Shown here in pieces: positions 26,535 through 35,603 of a DNA stretch of 49,437 nucleotides (positions are counted from its first letter, which is position 1; every line of letters begins with the position of its first letter). Both the position numbers and the translations under genes were made by a program. This DNA comes from Candidatus Parvarchaeota archaeon (GTDB lineage: Archaea > Nanobdellota > Nanobdellia > Parvarchaeales > Parvarchaeaceae), in NCBI GenBank assembly GCA_023261805.1, contig JAGDXV010000021.1:1-49437 (forward strand), read 5' to 3'. The notes beneath the pieces were generated by a model that saw only the letters and a program-made list of their open reading frames with translations, made no database searches and was not told where the DNA came from.

Positions 26535-26982
26535 TTCCGACGGCCTCCGACACTTGCTGTGGTTGTTGGGCTTTTTCCTGTACTTCGTATTCTCCAACTA
26601 TTCTAATATAAGTACGTTTTCCCCCGCGGCTCACCTTTCCACTCAAATATCTAGGGTATCCGCTTCTTCCAAGAAAATAAGATTTTATGATGACTCTGGC
26701 TTCTCCACTGTCTTTAGCATTCGCTTTCAGCTGTTTTAATAATCTTATCATAAATTTTGTAGCTTTTTGTGGGTATCCCGTTGGTACTCCGTGCTTATGT
26801 CCCTTGCTTTGATATTTTTTGAAGGGTATCCCTTGTTTCTTCTTAAGTACATTTTCTAGCGATGCGATGGCAGTATCGACTGGTTTATTGGTTATGAATT
26901 CTGCTATCTCATGCACATGCTTCATTGATATAGGCATGTTGGCTTGTTTGACAGAAACGGTTTTCGTTGTCATATCCTTCAC
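26515..26982 (-). CDS. rpl22: 50S ribosomal protein L22 (uL22)
   Basis: Position between S19 and S3; KHVHEIAEFI...A...LE and GRSGYPR pattern. Confidence 0.85.
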   Translation of the reverse strand: MKDMTTKTVSVKQANMPISMKHVHEIAEFITNKPVDTAIASLENVLKKKQGIPFKKYQSKGHKHGVPTGYPQKATKFMIRLLKQLKANAKDSGEARVIIKSYFLGRSGYPRYLSGKVSRGGKRTYIRIVGEYEVQEKAQQPQQVSEAVGNAKDNK

Positions 26983-27365
26983 TTAATCGGAACGAAGCTA
27001 CTTGACCTCGTAGCACTAAGTCCAGGTGATCCGTGTTTCACATGTTTCGTTGTCAAAACATACTCACCAAGACGATGGAAAATCATGTTCGGTTTTATAG
27101 TTATCGGGACAAATTCTTTTCCATTGTGGACATTTATTGTCAATCCAACAAAGGAAGGCAGAATAAACATCTCTCTGAGGTGTGTTCTTATTGGTTTTCC
27201 CTTGGCCTTTGCTTTTTCGATGTGCTCCAGGAAGGTCTTCTCTTGTGGCGTAAATCCTCTCCTCAGTCTTCTTCTTAAATCAGCATTCACGATTGGGATC
27301 AGCTCATGAAGCGAAAGCTTTGAAAGATCATCCACGCTTTTCCCACGGTAACGGTATTCTTCCAT
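26979..27365 (-). CDS. rps19: 30S ribosomal protein S19 (uS19)
   Basis: VHNGKEFVPITIKPNMIFHRLGEYVLTTKHVKHGSPG signature. Confidence 0.95.
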   Translation of the reverse strand: MEEYRYRGKSVDDLSKLSLHELIPIVNADLRRRLRRGFTPQEKTFLEHIEKAKAKGKPIRTHLREMFILPSFVGLTINVHNGKEFVPITIKPNMIFHRLGEYVLTTKHVKHGSPGLSATRSSSFVPIK

Positions 27366-27366
27366 A

Positions 27367-28062
27367 TCATCTCTTCATCCCTGTTCTTCTCGGTGCTATA
27401 CTTCCAACCTTTGCACCTGGAGGGGCATTCCTACTGACGCTCTTTGATTTGTGCTGGGTGCTTCTTCTTTTACCTCCGAATTTGTGCTCATAAGCATTCA
27501 TCGCTACAGCAGCTGTCAGAGGCCAGTACCTTCCTCTGGCTTTCATCGCATGATACTTGTTTCCTGCCTTGTAGAAAGGCTTGTCCCTTCTTCCAGCATT
27601 GGCTATGGTTCCTATCACAGCCCTGCAGTTCTCGTCAAGATAGACAATCTTTGAACTTGGAAGCTGAACGGATACCTTGCCCCCAGATTTCTCGACGATC
27701 CGTGCGGTTTCCCCGCCCGCCCTTATCAATTTTCCACCGTCATTTGGCCTCAATTCTATATTGTATACAGTTGAACCTATTGGTATGTCCTTCAGTTTTT
27801 CTATCGATCCAATCGAATCGCTTCCATTCAGATACGAAACGTTCATACCGACATACGCGCCATTGAAAGCAGGAAGATATGAGATGCTGCCGTCCTCAAA
27901 TTTTATTTTTTCTATCGGAGCGGTCCTGTATGGATCATCTATCAGATCAACGATCCTCCCTGTCATCGGGTTCTCGTTCTTGATTATTTTGACTTTAAAT
28001 TCCCCAGGGTTTACCTGAAATATTCTACTCTTTCCCCTTCTTCTCGAACGCGGTACCTTCAT
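27367..28062 (-). CDS. rpl2: 50S ribosomal protein L2 (uL2)
   Basis: NIELRPNDGGKLIRAGG, MNAYEHKFGGK and GSIAPRRTG signatures. Confidence 0.95.
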   Translation of the reverse strand: MKVPRSRRRGKSRIFQVNPGEFKVKIIKNENPMTGRIVDLIDDPYRTAPIEKIKFEDGSISYLPAFNGAYVGMNVSYLNGSDSIGSIEKLKDIPIGSTVYNIELRPNDGGKLIRAGGETARIVEKSGGKVSVQLPSSKIVYLDENCRAVIGTIANAGRRDKPFYKAGNKYHAMKARGRYWPLTAAVAMNAYEHKFGGKRRSTQHKSKSVSRNAPPGAKVGSIAPRRTGMKR

Positions 28063-28175
28063 ATCCGATTACACTCGTTCTAATGCATCCTCGTATTTAA
28101 ATATTAAAGTTTTGTTGTCCTTTTCTTAATAACTATCAAATTAAAATATAAACATTCACAGATTCATTGTTTGTT

Positions 28176-29462
28176 ATGGATATATTTAAAGAGTATGATA
28201 TACGCGGGATTTATCCATCCGAAATCGATGAGGATGAGGCGGTTTTGATAGGAAGAGGGATCGGAAAATTAGCCAAGAAAATATACGTGGATAATGACAC
28301 AAGAAAGGGAAGCAAAGCAATAAATGGACCTTTCATCGATGGTTTATTGAAAGAGGGTGCTGACGTTTTCGACATGGGTCTCGGTCCGGTGACATTAGCA
28401 GCCTTTGCGTCCTTCAGGGAAAAAACATATGGGGTATCGGTAACCGCGTCTCACAACCCAGCGAAGTATACTGGCATTCTGCTGTATAGGAATGGGTTGT
28501 CTGTCAGTCCAAAGCTTGTTAAGAAAGCCATGCTTAAAGGCGGGTTGGAGAACAGGAAAGGAAGGTATGAAAGGATCGATTACAGTGGTGAATATCTTAA
28601 TATCTTAAAGAAAGTAGGAGATCTTTCCAACATAAATATTGGTGTCGATCCGATGGGTGGTGCAGGCACGAAGATCGTCGAAGAAGCTCTAAGGATGTTG
28701 AATGCAAAGCCGTTCATGTTGCACAGCAGGTTTACTGAGAATTTTTATGGAAAAGTTCCAGAGCCGAGCAGAGGGAATTCAGCGGAGCTGATGAATTTTG
28801 TGAGGAAAAATCACCTTGATTTTGGCGTTCAGCTCGATGGAGATGCTGATAGAGCGGTTTTCGTGGACGATGATGGTAACTTTATAGATCCAATGGAGAC
28901 GGCGTTGGTTTTCATAAAATATCTTAAGATAAAGAGTGTCATCGCTGCGGTTTCGTGTTCTCAAAAGATCGAAAAATATGCAAAAGTTGAGTATGTTCCG
29001 GTCGGCAGACCTTTTATTGAAAGAGCTCTGGTAAAAAAGAGGTTTGATTTTGGCGTGGAAAGTTCGGCGCATTACTATTTTAACCGATACTATCCATTTT
29101 CTGATGGAATCCTGGCTGCATTATTGATGGGGAAGATACTTCACGACACAAAGAAAAGGTTGCGTGAAATATTGTCAGGTTTACCAAAGATCTATATGAA
29201 TTCCTTTTCCTTGAATTTTGAGGACGAGAATGAAAGGGAAAAAGTGATTAGAAAGATTGAGGATGAAATAATCTCAAAAGGAAAGATCAGCAAAATCGAC
29301 GGGGTGAAGGTATTTTTAAGCGAAGGGTATATACTTGTTAGGAAATCCAATACAGAACCTTTGATAAGGATAATGTATGAGGGTAAGGACAAGGCTTCTT
29401 TTGAAAGGATAGAAAGGATGGCGGAGGGATTAAAAATTTATGGAGGAGAACTGGCTGGTTAA
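28176..29462 (+). CDS. phosphoglucomutase/phosphomannomutase family protein
   Basis: Active-site TASHNP and metal loop DGDADR. ATG at 28176 (track TTG at 28167). Confidence 0.9.
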   Translation: MDIFKEYDIRGIYPSEIDEDEAVLIGRGIGKLAKKIYVDNDTRKGSKAINGPFIDGLLKEGADVFDMGLGPVTLAAFASFREKTYGVSVTASHNPAKYTGILLYRNGLSVSPKLVKKAMLKGGLENRKGRYERIDYSGEYLNILKKVGDLSNINIGVDPMGGAGTKIVEEALRMLNAKPFMLHSRFTENFYGKVPEPSRGNSAELMNFVRKNHLDFGVQLDGDADRAVFVDDDGNFIDPMETALVFIKYLKIKSVIAAVSCSQKIEKYAKVEYVPVGRPFIERALVKKRFDFGVESSAHYYFNRYYPFSDGILAALLMGKILHDTKKRLREILSGLPKIYMNSFSLNFEDENEREKVIRKIEDEIISKGKISKIDGVKVFLSEGYILVRKSNTEPLIRIMYEGKDKASFERIERMAEGLKIYGGELAG

Positions 29463-30321
29463 AGCCATAGAAGAAAAGACCGGCTTAAGCAAGGAAAAGA
29501 TAGAGGCGATGGTGAAGGAGAAGATATCACAGTTTCCGGCTTTGGAGGAGAATGCTGCCTTAAGGATGATAGCCACTGAGAACGGAGTGGTTCCGGTGCA
29601 AAGGGTTTTCAAGGTGAATGAAGTAAACAGAGATATTAACCATCTAGACCTGTCAGGGGTGGTTTCTAGGAAGTTCAGTACGAAACAGATAAATCTGAAT
29701 GGCAGGTTGGCGCAGCTTCTTAAGTTTTTTGTGGCAGACGAAACTGGGGAAATAGGCGTCGTTGTTTGGGATACAAACAAGATAGCAGCTTTGGAGGCTT
29801 CTTTGCATGAAGGAGATAATGTAACAATAGTCAACGGTTACTCAAAGAAAAACAAGTTCAATGATACCTATGAAATTAACATAGGAAAGGTCGGTACAGT
29901 TAACATAAATTCCTCCTCGAATAAGTTTGTAAAACTGTCAAACATCTCAAAGACAGGAACTAATAGGATAAGGGCTTTTCTTGTTAGGTTGTTCACGGAT
30001 AATACATTTCTCGTGAAATGCACCATATGTAATAAGAGGGTCGTCGACAAATGTGACATACATGGAGATAAGGCCCTGTCGAAGGTTTTAATGTTGACAG
30101 GCATAATAGATGATGGAAACTCGAACATGAGGATCACATTTTTTGATAAAGTTGGCGAGAAGCTTCTTTCCCTCGCGAACGGCGGAACACTGGAGGAAAA
30201 ACTGGCAGATCTTTCATTTGGTCTTTATCAGCTCGATATCGTGGCTGTGGTTAATGAGTTCAATGGAAATATTTCTTTGACAGCAAGGGATGTATCAAGG
30301 GTAAACTATGATCTTCAATAG
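29440..30321 (+). CDS. rpa: replication protein A (single-stranded DNA-binding, OB folds plus zinc motif)
   Basis: N-terminal LSKEKIEAMVKEK...ALRMIATENGV, OB segment VADETGEIGVVVWD, Cys/His motif CTICNKRVVDKCDIHG; overlaps the PMM stop by 23 nt. Confidence 0.75.
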   Translation: MEENWLVKAIEEKTGLSKEKIEAMVKEKISQFPALEENAALRMIATENGVVPVQRVFKVNEVNRDINHLDLSGVVSRKFSTKQINLNGRLAQLLKFFVADETGEIGVVVWDTNKIAALEASLHEGDNVTIVNGYSKKNKFNDTYEINIGKVGTVNINSSSNKFVKLSNISKTGTNRIRAFLVRLFTDNTFLVKCTICNKRVVDKCDIHGDKALSKVLMLTGIIDDGNSNMRITFFDKVGEKLLSLANGGTLEEKLADLSFGLYQLDIVAVVNEFNGNISLTARDVSRVNYDLQ

Positions 30322-30324
30322 TCT

Positions 30325-31434
30325 ATGTTAATCGGCACGGCTACATCCGCCTATCAGGTTGAGGGGAACAATAAGTGGGCGGATTGGTGGTACTTTGAAA
30401 GGAAGGGGGATCTCCCATACAGATCAGGTAAGTCATGCGATCAGTATCATTTCTATGAGAAAGACATTAAGATAATGAAAAGTCTCGGCTTTAATGCTTA
30501 CAGGTTTTCAATAGAGTTTTCGAGGATCTATCCGAGTAAGGGAAAGCTAAACAGGGAAGCGATAGAGCATTACAGAAAGCTCGTCGATTTGCTGAGGAAA
30601 AATGAGATCGAACCGATCGTCACTTTGTGGCACTACACTCTGCCGAAATGGTTTTATGACCTTGGAGGCTTTGAGAGGGCTGAAAACACCGCTTACTTTG
30701 AAAGTTACGTCGAGAAAATAATAAATGCAGGGATAGATGCAAAGTATTTTCTGACGATGAATGAGCCGGTAAACTACGCGACTCAGGGTTACCTGATGGG
30801 AGAATATCCTCCTTTCAAACGCTCCCCGCTTGCATTCAGGAGGGTTCTGGTCAATCTTATAGATGTTAATGATCGTACGTATTCCATGCTCAAAAAGCAC
30901 GGATATACGGTCTCTTTCACAAACGCGATGTACGGATTCAAATATCCAAAGATAGCATACCCTTTTTACAAGATCACGGATTATACACTAAACTGGTGGT
31001 TTCTTAAGCGGGCAAAGTTTGATTTTGTCGGAATAAACTATTATAGGGCGATAAATCCTGTTTCTTTTAGGCAACATGGAAAAGGGGAGATGAATTGGAC
31101 GATCTATCCGCAAGGGTTGTACTATCTGATCTCTAAAGCATATTCCCTTTTCAAAAAACCAGTGATGATCACCGAGAATGGTTTTGCCTCCAGTGATGAC
31201 AGAGAAAGATCGAAATTCATCACTTCGCATTTCAAATACATTGAAGAGGCTATGAGAAAAGGGATTCCTGTGATCGGTTATCTTTATTGGTCATTCATAG
31301 ACAATTTTGAGTGGACCTATGGTTATACGAAGCACTTCGGCCTGGTTTCATTCGACAAGAAAACCATGGAAAGGCACGTCAGAAGGAGCGCTTTCACATT
31401 GAAAAGAATAGCGGATAAATATAGAGGGATTTGA
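30325..31434 (+). CDS. glycoside hydrolase family 1 (beta-glycosidase), compact form
   Basis: TATSAYQVEGN, acid/base TMNEP, nucleophile ITENG, C-terminal DNFEW. Only 369 aa. Confidence 0.85.
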   Translation: MLIGTATSAYQVEGNNKWADWWYFERKGDLPYRSGKSCDQYHFYEKDIKIMKSLGFNAYRFSIEFSRIYPSKGKLNREAIEHYRKLVDLLRKNEIEPIVTLWHYTLPKWFYDLGGFERAENTAYFESYVEKIINAGIDAKYFLTMNEPVNYATQGYLMGEYPPFKRSPLAFRRVLVNLIDVNDRTYSMLKKHGYTVSFTNAMYGFKYPKIAYPFYKITDYTLNWWFLKRAKFDFVGINYYRAINPVSFRQHGKGEMNWTIYPQGLYYLISKAYSLFKKPVMITENGFASSDDRERSKFITSHFKYIEEAMRKGIPVIGYLYWSFIDNFEWTYGYTKHFGLVSFDKKTMERHVRRSAFTLKRIADKYRGI

Positions 31435-31474
31435 CATTTCAACATATTTATTTGTATCTTTTCTTATTCATAAT

Positions 31475-32347
31475 ATGAGTGCGGTTATAAGGAACTATGA
31501 GAAGGAATTTGCGACAGATGTGATGGAGAATCATCACGTTTTCTATGATCTTTACATAAAGAGCGATGATCCGCAAGCCTTGAGGAATCAGATAGCGGAA
31601 GAACTGACCGATCTGGACTTCAAGATCCTATTGAACGAGCTTACAAAGTTTGAGGATGAAGAACTCGATGAGGTTTTCAGGGGAGGAAACGCTAAACCAT
31701 TGCGTGCAGTCATAAAGGCGGCGAAGGACAACAAGAAAGGATCAAAGTACCCTTTGCTATGGAAGTTTTTTCTCGTCTTGGGCATCGCCCTGCTTTTCGT
31801 ATTTTTGGCTTACTCCAGATCGGCCATATATAGCAGTATTTACGGTACAGTAACAAAATTCAGCGAACAGCCATCATCCCTGCTCTTCTATTCATTTGTA
31901 GTTTCTATTCTGCTTTCATTCATCTTCTGGGCGATAAAGTACGTCGTTCCGATATACGCATGGGTAAAGATAATCGGAATATATGATCCAACAGAGAGCA
32001 CGGCGAATGTCAGGATCGTTTTGGCCGGGGATTGTCAATTCAAGGATAAAGATTCATACGGAAAGTTGGAAAATGATATGAGCGAACTTTACAGTGCGCT
32101 TTCAAGAAGATACGCGAACAAGCTTGATAAGAGGACCCTTAGCAATAATGTTGCCTCCGATCTTTCTTTGACCGGTCAGACGCAATCTATCATGAACAAA
32201 TTGAGGGCGACGGAGGATGAACTCTCCCAGCTTGAGAGAAACTTTGCTGCTGGGAAGATATCTGAAAGCTCATACAACGATCTGAAAAACAAGTTAGAGA
32301 TGAAGAAAACACAGATAGAGACACTGTTTGATCTGCTTTCTCCATGA
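31475..32347 (+). CDS. membrane protein with C-terminal coiled-coil / SHOCT-like tail, function unknown
   Basis: Two hydrophobic helices (LLWKFFLVLGIALLFVFLAY, LLFYSFVVSILLSFIFWAI) and C-terminal FAAGKISESSYNDLKNKLE. Confidence 0.5.
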   Translation: MSAVIRNYEKEFATDVMENHHVFYDLYIKSDDPQALRNQIAEELTDLDFKILLNELTKFEDEELDEVFRGGNAKPLRAVIKAAKDNKKGSKYPLLWKFFLVLGIALLFVFLAYSRSAIYSSIYGTVTKFSEQPSSLLFYSFVVSILLSFIFWAIKYVVPIYAWVKIIGIYDPTESTANVRIVLAGDCQFKDKDSYGKLENDMSELYSALSRRYANKLDKRTLSNNVASDLSLTGQTQSIMNKLRATEDELSQLERNFAAGKISESSYNDLKNKLEMKKTQIETLFDLLSP

Positions 32348-33003
32348 AGATTAAGGATTATCCCTCCTTGTTTGATGAGCAGACAAGGCACGAGGCCAAT
32401 GCCTTTGCCGGGCTTTGTTTCAGTAAGAAGCGCTGGTATGGAAGTGGGCTTTTGATAATAATGGATGCATGTTTTGACAGCATAGGCCTGAATTATTTTA
32501 CAGTCGTTGTACCGAAGGTAAAATACTTCTATGATAATTTTTTCATCAAGAAGAATATCAATTCAGTCGAGGCCTTCCTGAAATTTTATAAAGAAGGAGA
32601 AATCGGATTGATTAAAAATGGAAGGGCATGGGGCGCTATACATGCCTTAGCTGACTTTGTCCATAAAAACAGAAAAGAAGGGGAGAAGGATATAGATGTA
32701 CTTTATAGATGGGCTATCAAAGCCGATCCAGAGAAGAAGAATGAGGATCCGATAGGAAGAATAAAAGGGATAGGTATCAACACTTTTCAGTATTTGAGGA
32801 TGCAGGTTGGTGTTGATTCAACCATGCCTGACAAAATAATAAGGAGATGGTTACTAAAGCAGGGGATCAAGACGAAGGACGAGATAGATACAATCAAAAA
32901 GATGGAAGAGGCAGCAGGAGAGCTCGGTATCTCTCAGGTTGAGTTATGCTGGGCGATATGGATCTCGGAGAGCGGCGAGAAAGGGAAGGTTGATATTGTT
33001 TAA
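32344..33003 (+). CDS. hypothetical protein with helix-hairpin-helix (HhH-GPD-like) motif
   Basis: IKGIGINTFQYLRMQVGVDSTMPDKIIRRW resembles GxG..T...(20)...D..v.R of HhH DNA glycosylases; ATGA overlap with the upstream gene. Confidence 0.3.
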   Translation: MKIKDYPSLFDEQTRHEANAFAGLCFSKKRWYGSGLLIIMDACFDSIGLNYFTVVVPKVKYFYDNFFIKKNINSVEAFLKFYKEGEIGLIKNGRAWGAIHALADFVHKNRKEGEKDIDVLYRWAIKADPEKKNEDPIGRIKGIGINTFQYLRMQVGVDSTMPDKIIRRWLLKQGIKTKDEIDTIKKMEEAAGELGISQVELCWAIWISESGEKGKVDIV

Positions 33004-33470
33004 TAAACAGGTGTTTTGACCCTTTCGAGCCTGTCCTTTTCAGCAGAATACCAAAGACCATTTATTCTCAGGAAAGATCTTTCTCCATTTGATACGCGTT
33101 GAACGAAAGGCAGCTGTGATCTTTCTTCTTCCTTCACTTTGACGACGGCCGGTTTAATCTCTCTCTGTTCGCCGCTTATGATCACCTTTATCTTCGGATT
33201 TTCACTCATTTTCTTTTCTACAGGCACAGCCTTTATCGTGATAATTTTCTGTTTTGTCCTTAACACGAAAGAAACTGAAAACAGCCCTATTATTATAGCG
33301 GTGATGTACGATATTCCCGTTGAGAAGGCACCCATCAGAAAAGATGAGAACGTATAAGGTAGAAGCTTTGAGTTGATCAGAAAAACAGAGAGCATTAACC
33401 CAAAGTCAAGTATTGATGAGTATACAGATAGACGTATCGCAGCCTTGTAAAGGTGCTCATGTGTTTTCAT
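33000..33470 (-). CDS. hypothetical membrane protein
   Basis: Three N-terminal hydrophobic helices and a charged C-terminal tail; no recognisable motif. Confidence 0.4.
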   Translation of the reverse strand: MKTHEHLYKAAIRLSVYSSILDFGLMLSVFLINSKLLPYTFSSFLMGAFSTGISYITAIIIGLFSVSFVLRTKQKIITIKAVPVEKKMSENPKIKVIISGEQREIKPAVVKVKEEERSQLPFVQRVSNGERSFLRINGLWYSAEKDRLERVKTPVY

Positions 33471-33507
33471 ACTGATTTAATGATAAGATTAGAATTTATA
33501 ATTTTAT

Positions 33508-33840
33508 TCAGCCCGTGAGGGGGTGTGAAGGCTTGGTTTTATTGAAAAAATCCTGATATATCTCCCATATCTGTTCTCCCTTGTCCTTGGGAAGAACATC
33601 GGAAACAACATTTGGATGCATCAGTATACCATTTTGCTGTATTATTCCATCAAACTTTATTATAACGAAAGCTCCTTCCTCAAGGGAAACATCACCAACA
33701 TTGCATGTGATAATATTGTGATCCCAAGTTTCGATTACGGCTTTGTTCTGGCCTTTGTTTGAGGATTTTATGAACTTTAGAACATGCCCGATATGATAAA
33801 AGTCTATCGCCCTCAATCCATTTTTATTATCTTTTTCCAT
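33508..33840 (-). CDS. hypothetical protein
   Basis: 110-aa ORF with coding-like composition; no motif recognised. Confidence 0.35.
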   Translation of the reverse strand: MEKDNKNGLRAIDFYHIGHVLKFIKSSNKGQNKAVIETWDHNIITCNVGDVSLEEGAFVIIKFDGIIQQNGILMHPNVVSDVLPKDKGEQIWEIYQDFFNKTKPSHPLTG

Positions 33841-33909
33841 CTTCCGATCACTCTATGTAAAGAAAGAAATCTCATGAGTATATAAATTTGATGCTTCGTA
33901 TTGATAACT

Positions 33910-34845
33910 ATGAAGAGAAAGATGTCCTGGGAAACGATCATCATCCTTATCATAGTAGCGGTAAGCATACCACTGCTTATATGGTATGGGTTCATCGACT
34001 CCGTGAGGGCGCTTCTTAGGATAAAGTTATTTTATGTTGCTATCTCTTTCATTGTATTTCTATCATTCACGACTTTGCGTGTTCTTCCTTGGTCTGTCGC
34101 GCTGAGAAAACTGCATATAAAGATGGGATGGATCCACAAGGTTCTTATGACATATTATTTTTGGGGGATCTCAAGTTTTCTCTCGGTTTTTGGTCAGGCC
34201 TTCTCTCTCAGGGAGATGGAAAGATTTAAGAAAAATGCAAGATTTTTCAGCGGTAGCATACTCCTTTCAACAAGCCTTGTGGGGACCCTTGCTCTTTCTA
34301 TAATAATGCTTGTGAGTGCGATCATTATATCTAAATATATCGATTACGCGGTTATCTTCGTGCTTGTTTTTTACGTGCTTTCCTCTCTGCTTGGTTTCAA
34401 TTTCACCTTCAAGTGGTTGATAAACTATCTTAAACATAGGAACGGCAACGTATCAAAGGGGTTGCTGAATTATATTCAAACATTATCTAAGTTCAGAGGG
34501 ATCTTCTCCCAGAGATATATTCTTCTGATGCTTTTAGCTTTTCTGCCGGCCTTGCTACTGGAGGGGTCTCTCATTTATTTCATCTTGGTGGCAGAGAATC
34601 AATCGATCAGCTTCATTGCAGTCATGTTCATATTCTCTTTTTCGGATCTCGTCGGTCTCATAACCTTGAGTCCTTCCGGCATCGGATCTATGGATGCAGT
34701 TCTGATACTTTTGTTGTTGGCAGAAGGGGTTCCGGGTGCTGTCACAATATCAACAGATCTTCTATTCAGGTTGTTTCAGTTCTTCCTTCCTGCTTTGCAG
34801 GGCTATCTTTCAATACCTTTCATAAGACGTTATAGGGCTGGTTAA
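33910..34845 (+). CDS. UPF0104 / lysyl-PG-synthase-TM-like (flippase-like) membrane protein
   Basis: Eight-TM-type profile; C-terminal PSGIGSMDAVLILLL motif typical of this family; convergent with a GT2 gene. ATG at 33910 (track TTG at 33901). Confidence 0.55.
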   Translation: MKRKMSWETIIILIIVAVSIPLLIWYGFIDSVRALLRIKLFYVAISFIVFLSFTTLRVLPWSVALRKLHIKMGWIHKVLMTYYFWGISSFLSVFGQAFSLREMERFKKNARFFSGSILLSTSLVGTLALSIIMLVSAIIISKYIDYAVIFVLVFYVLSSLLGFNFTFKWLINYLKHRNGNVSKGLLNYIQTLSKFRGIFSQRYILLMLLAFLPALLLEGSLIYFILVAENQSISFIAVMFIFSFSDLVGLITLSPSGIGSMDAVLILLLLAEGVPGAVTISTDLLFRLFQFFLPALQGYLSIPFIRRYRAG

Positions 34846-35603
34846 TCATCAACATGCTCAAAATCTCCTCTGTACCTCCTTCCGAGTTTAACTGCGATGA
34901 AAGCATCAAAATACCTAGAAACAGCCCTCACAAAGCCCTCCTTTTTGAATCTTCTCATCGACATCTTAACATACTTCTTTCCAAGGATGAATCGGCCATA
35001 CTTTAAGATCCTCGAATAATATTCTATGTCCTCGGACACGGTGATCTTTTCATTGAAAAGCCCCGCCCTTTTTACCGCCTCTTCTCTGCAAAAAACACAT
35101 CCGAAAGGCAGCTTAGTTAGCAGCCTCATCCTCGTGTATACCGTCTCATAGATAAAACCTATCAGCTTTATCCTTCTCAGTTTTTTCCTTGGTATCCCTT
35201 TAAGATCTGCTTTCTGCGGCGGGACGATCCCAACCACGTCCTTATTTTTTGGATCATTTAACTGGTCAACAACGGATTCAAATAGCGTTGGGGGAATCTC
35301 ATAATCCGCATCTATGAAGGCGATGATCTTCCCCTTCGCTTTTTTAATGCCTGCGTTTCTTCCGGCGGATATGCCTTTTCTTTTTACGGGTATGACCGTT
35401 GCACCAAGCTTCTTTGATATCTTTACAGTATTGTCCGTTGATTTATAATCGCACACGAGAATCTCATAATTTTTGTATGTCTGCCTTTTTATCTCGCTTA
35501 GAAGGGTTTTAATGTATTTTTCCTCATTCCTTGTCGGTATTATGACCGATATCAATGGATTTTCCATTTGTTTCTCCAAAGTTTCTATGCTTAACGATGA
35601 CAT
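34842..35603 (-). CDS. family 2 glycosyltransferase
   Basis: ISVIIPTRNEE, NAGIKKAKG and FIDADYE (DxD) motifs. Confidence 0.85.
   Translation of the reverse strand: MSSLSIETLEKQMENPLISVIIPTRNEEKYIKTLLSEIKRQTYKNYEILVCDYKSTDNTVKISKKLGATVIPVKRKGISAGRNAGIKKAKGKIIAFIDADYEIPPTLFESVVDQLNDPKNKDVVGIVPPQKADLKGIPRKKLRRIKLIGFIYETVYTRMRLLTKLPFGCVFCREEAVKRAGLFNEKITVSEDIEYYSRILKYGRFILGKKYVKMSMRRFKKEGFVRAVSRYFDAFIAVKLGRRYRGDFEHVDD

Noticed and set aside
25824-26739. Plus-strand ORFs 25824..26189, 25888..26199 and 26203..26739.
   Set aside because: They are antisense shadows of rps3 and rpl22, with no independent support.
27293-28018. Plus-strand ORFs over rpl2 (27293..27493, 27444..27866, 27451..27654 and 27677..28018).
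   Set aside because: They are antisense to the highly conserved L2 gene.
29430-29834. Minus-strand 134-aa ORF.
   Set aside because: It is antisense to the N-terminal half of rpa and has Ser/Thr-rich shadow-frame composition.
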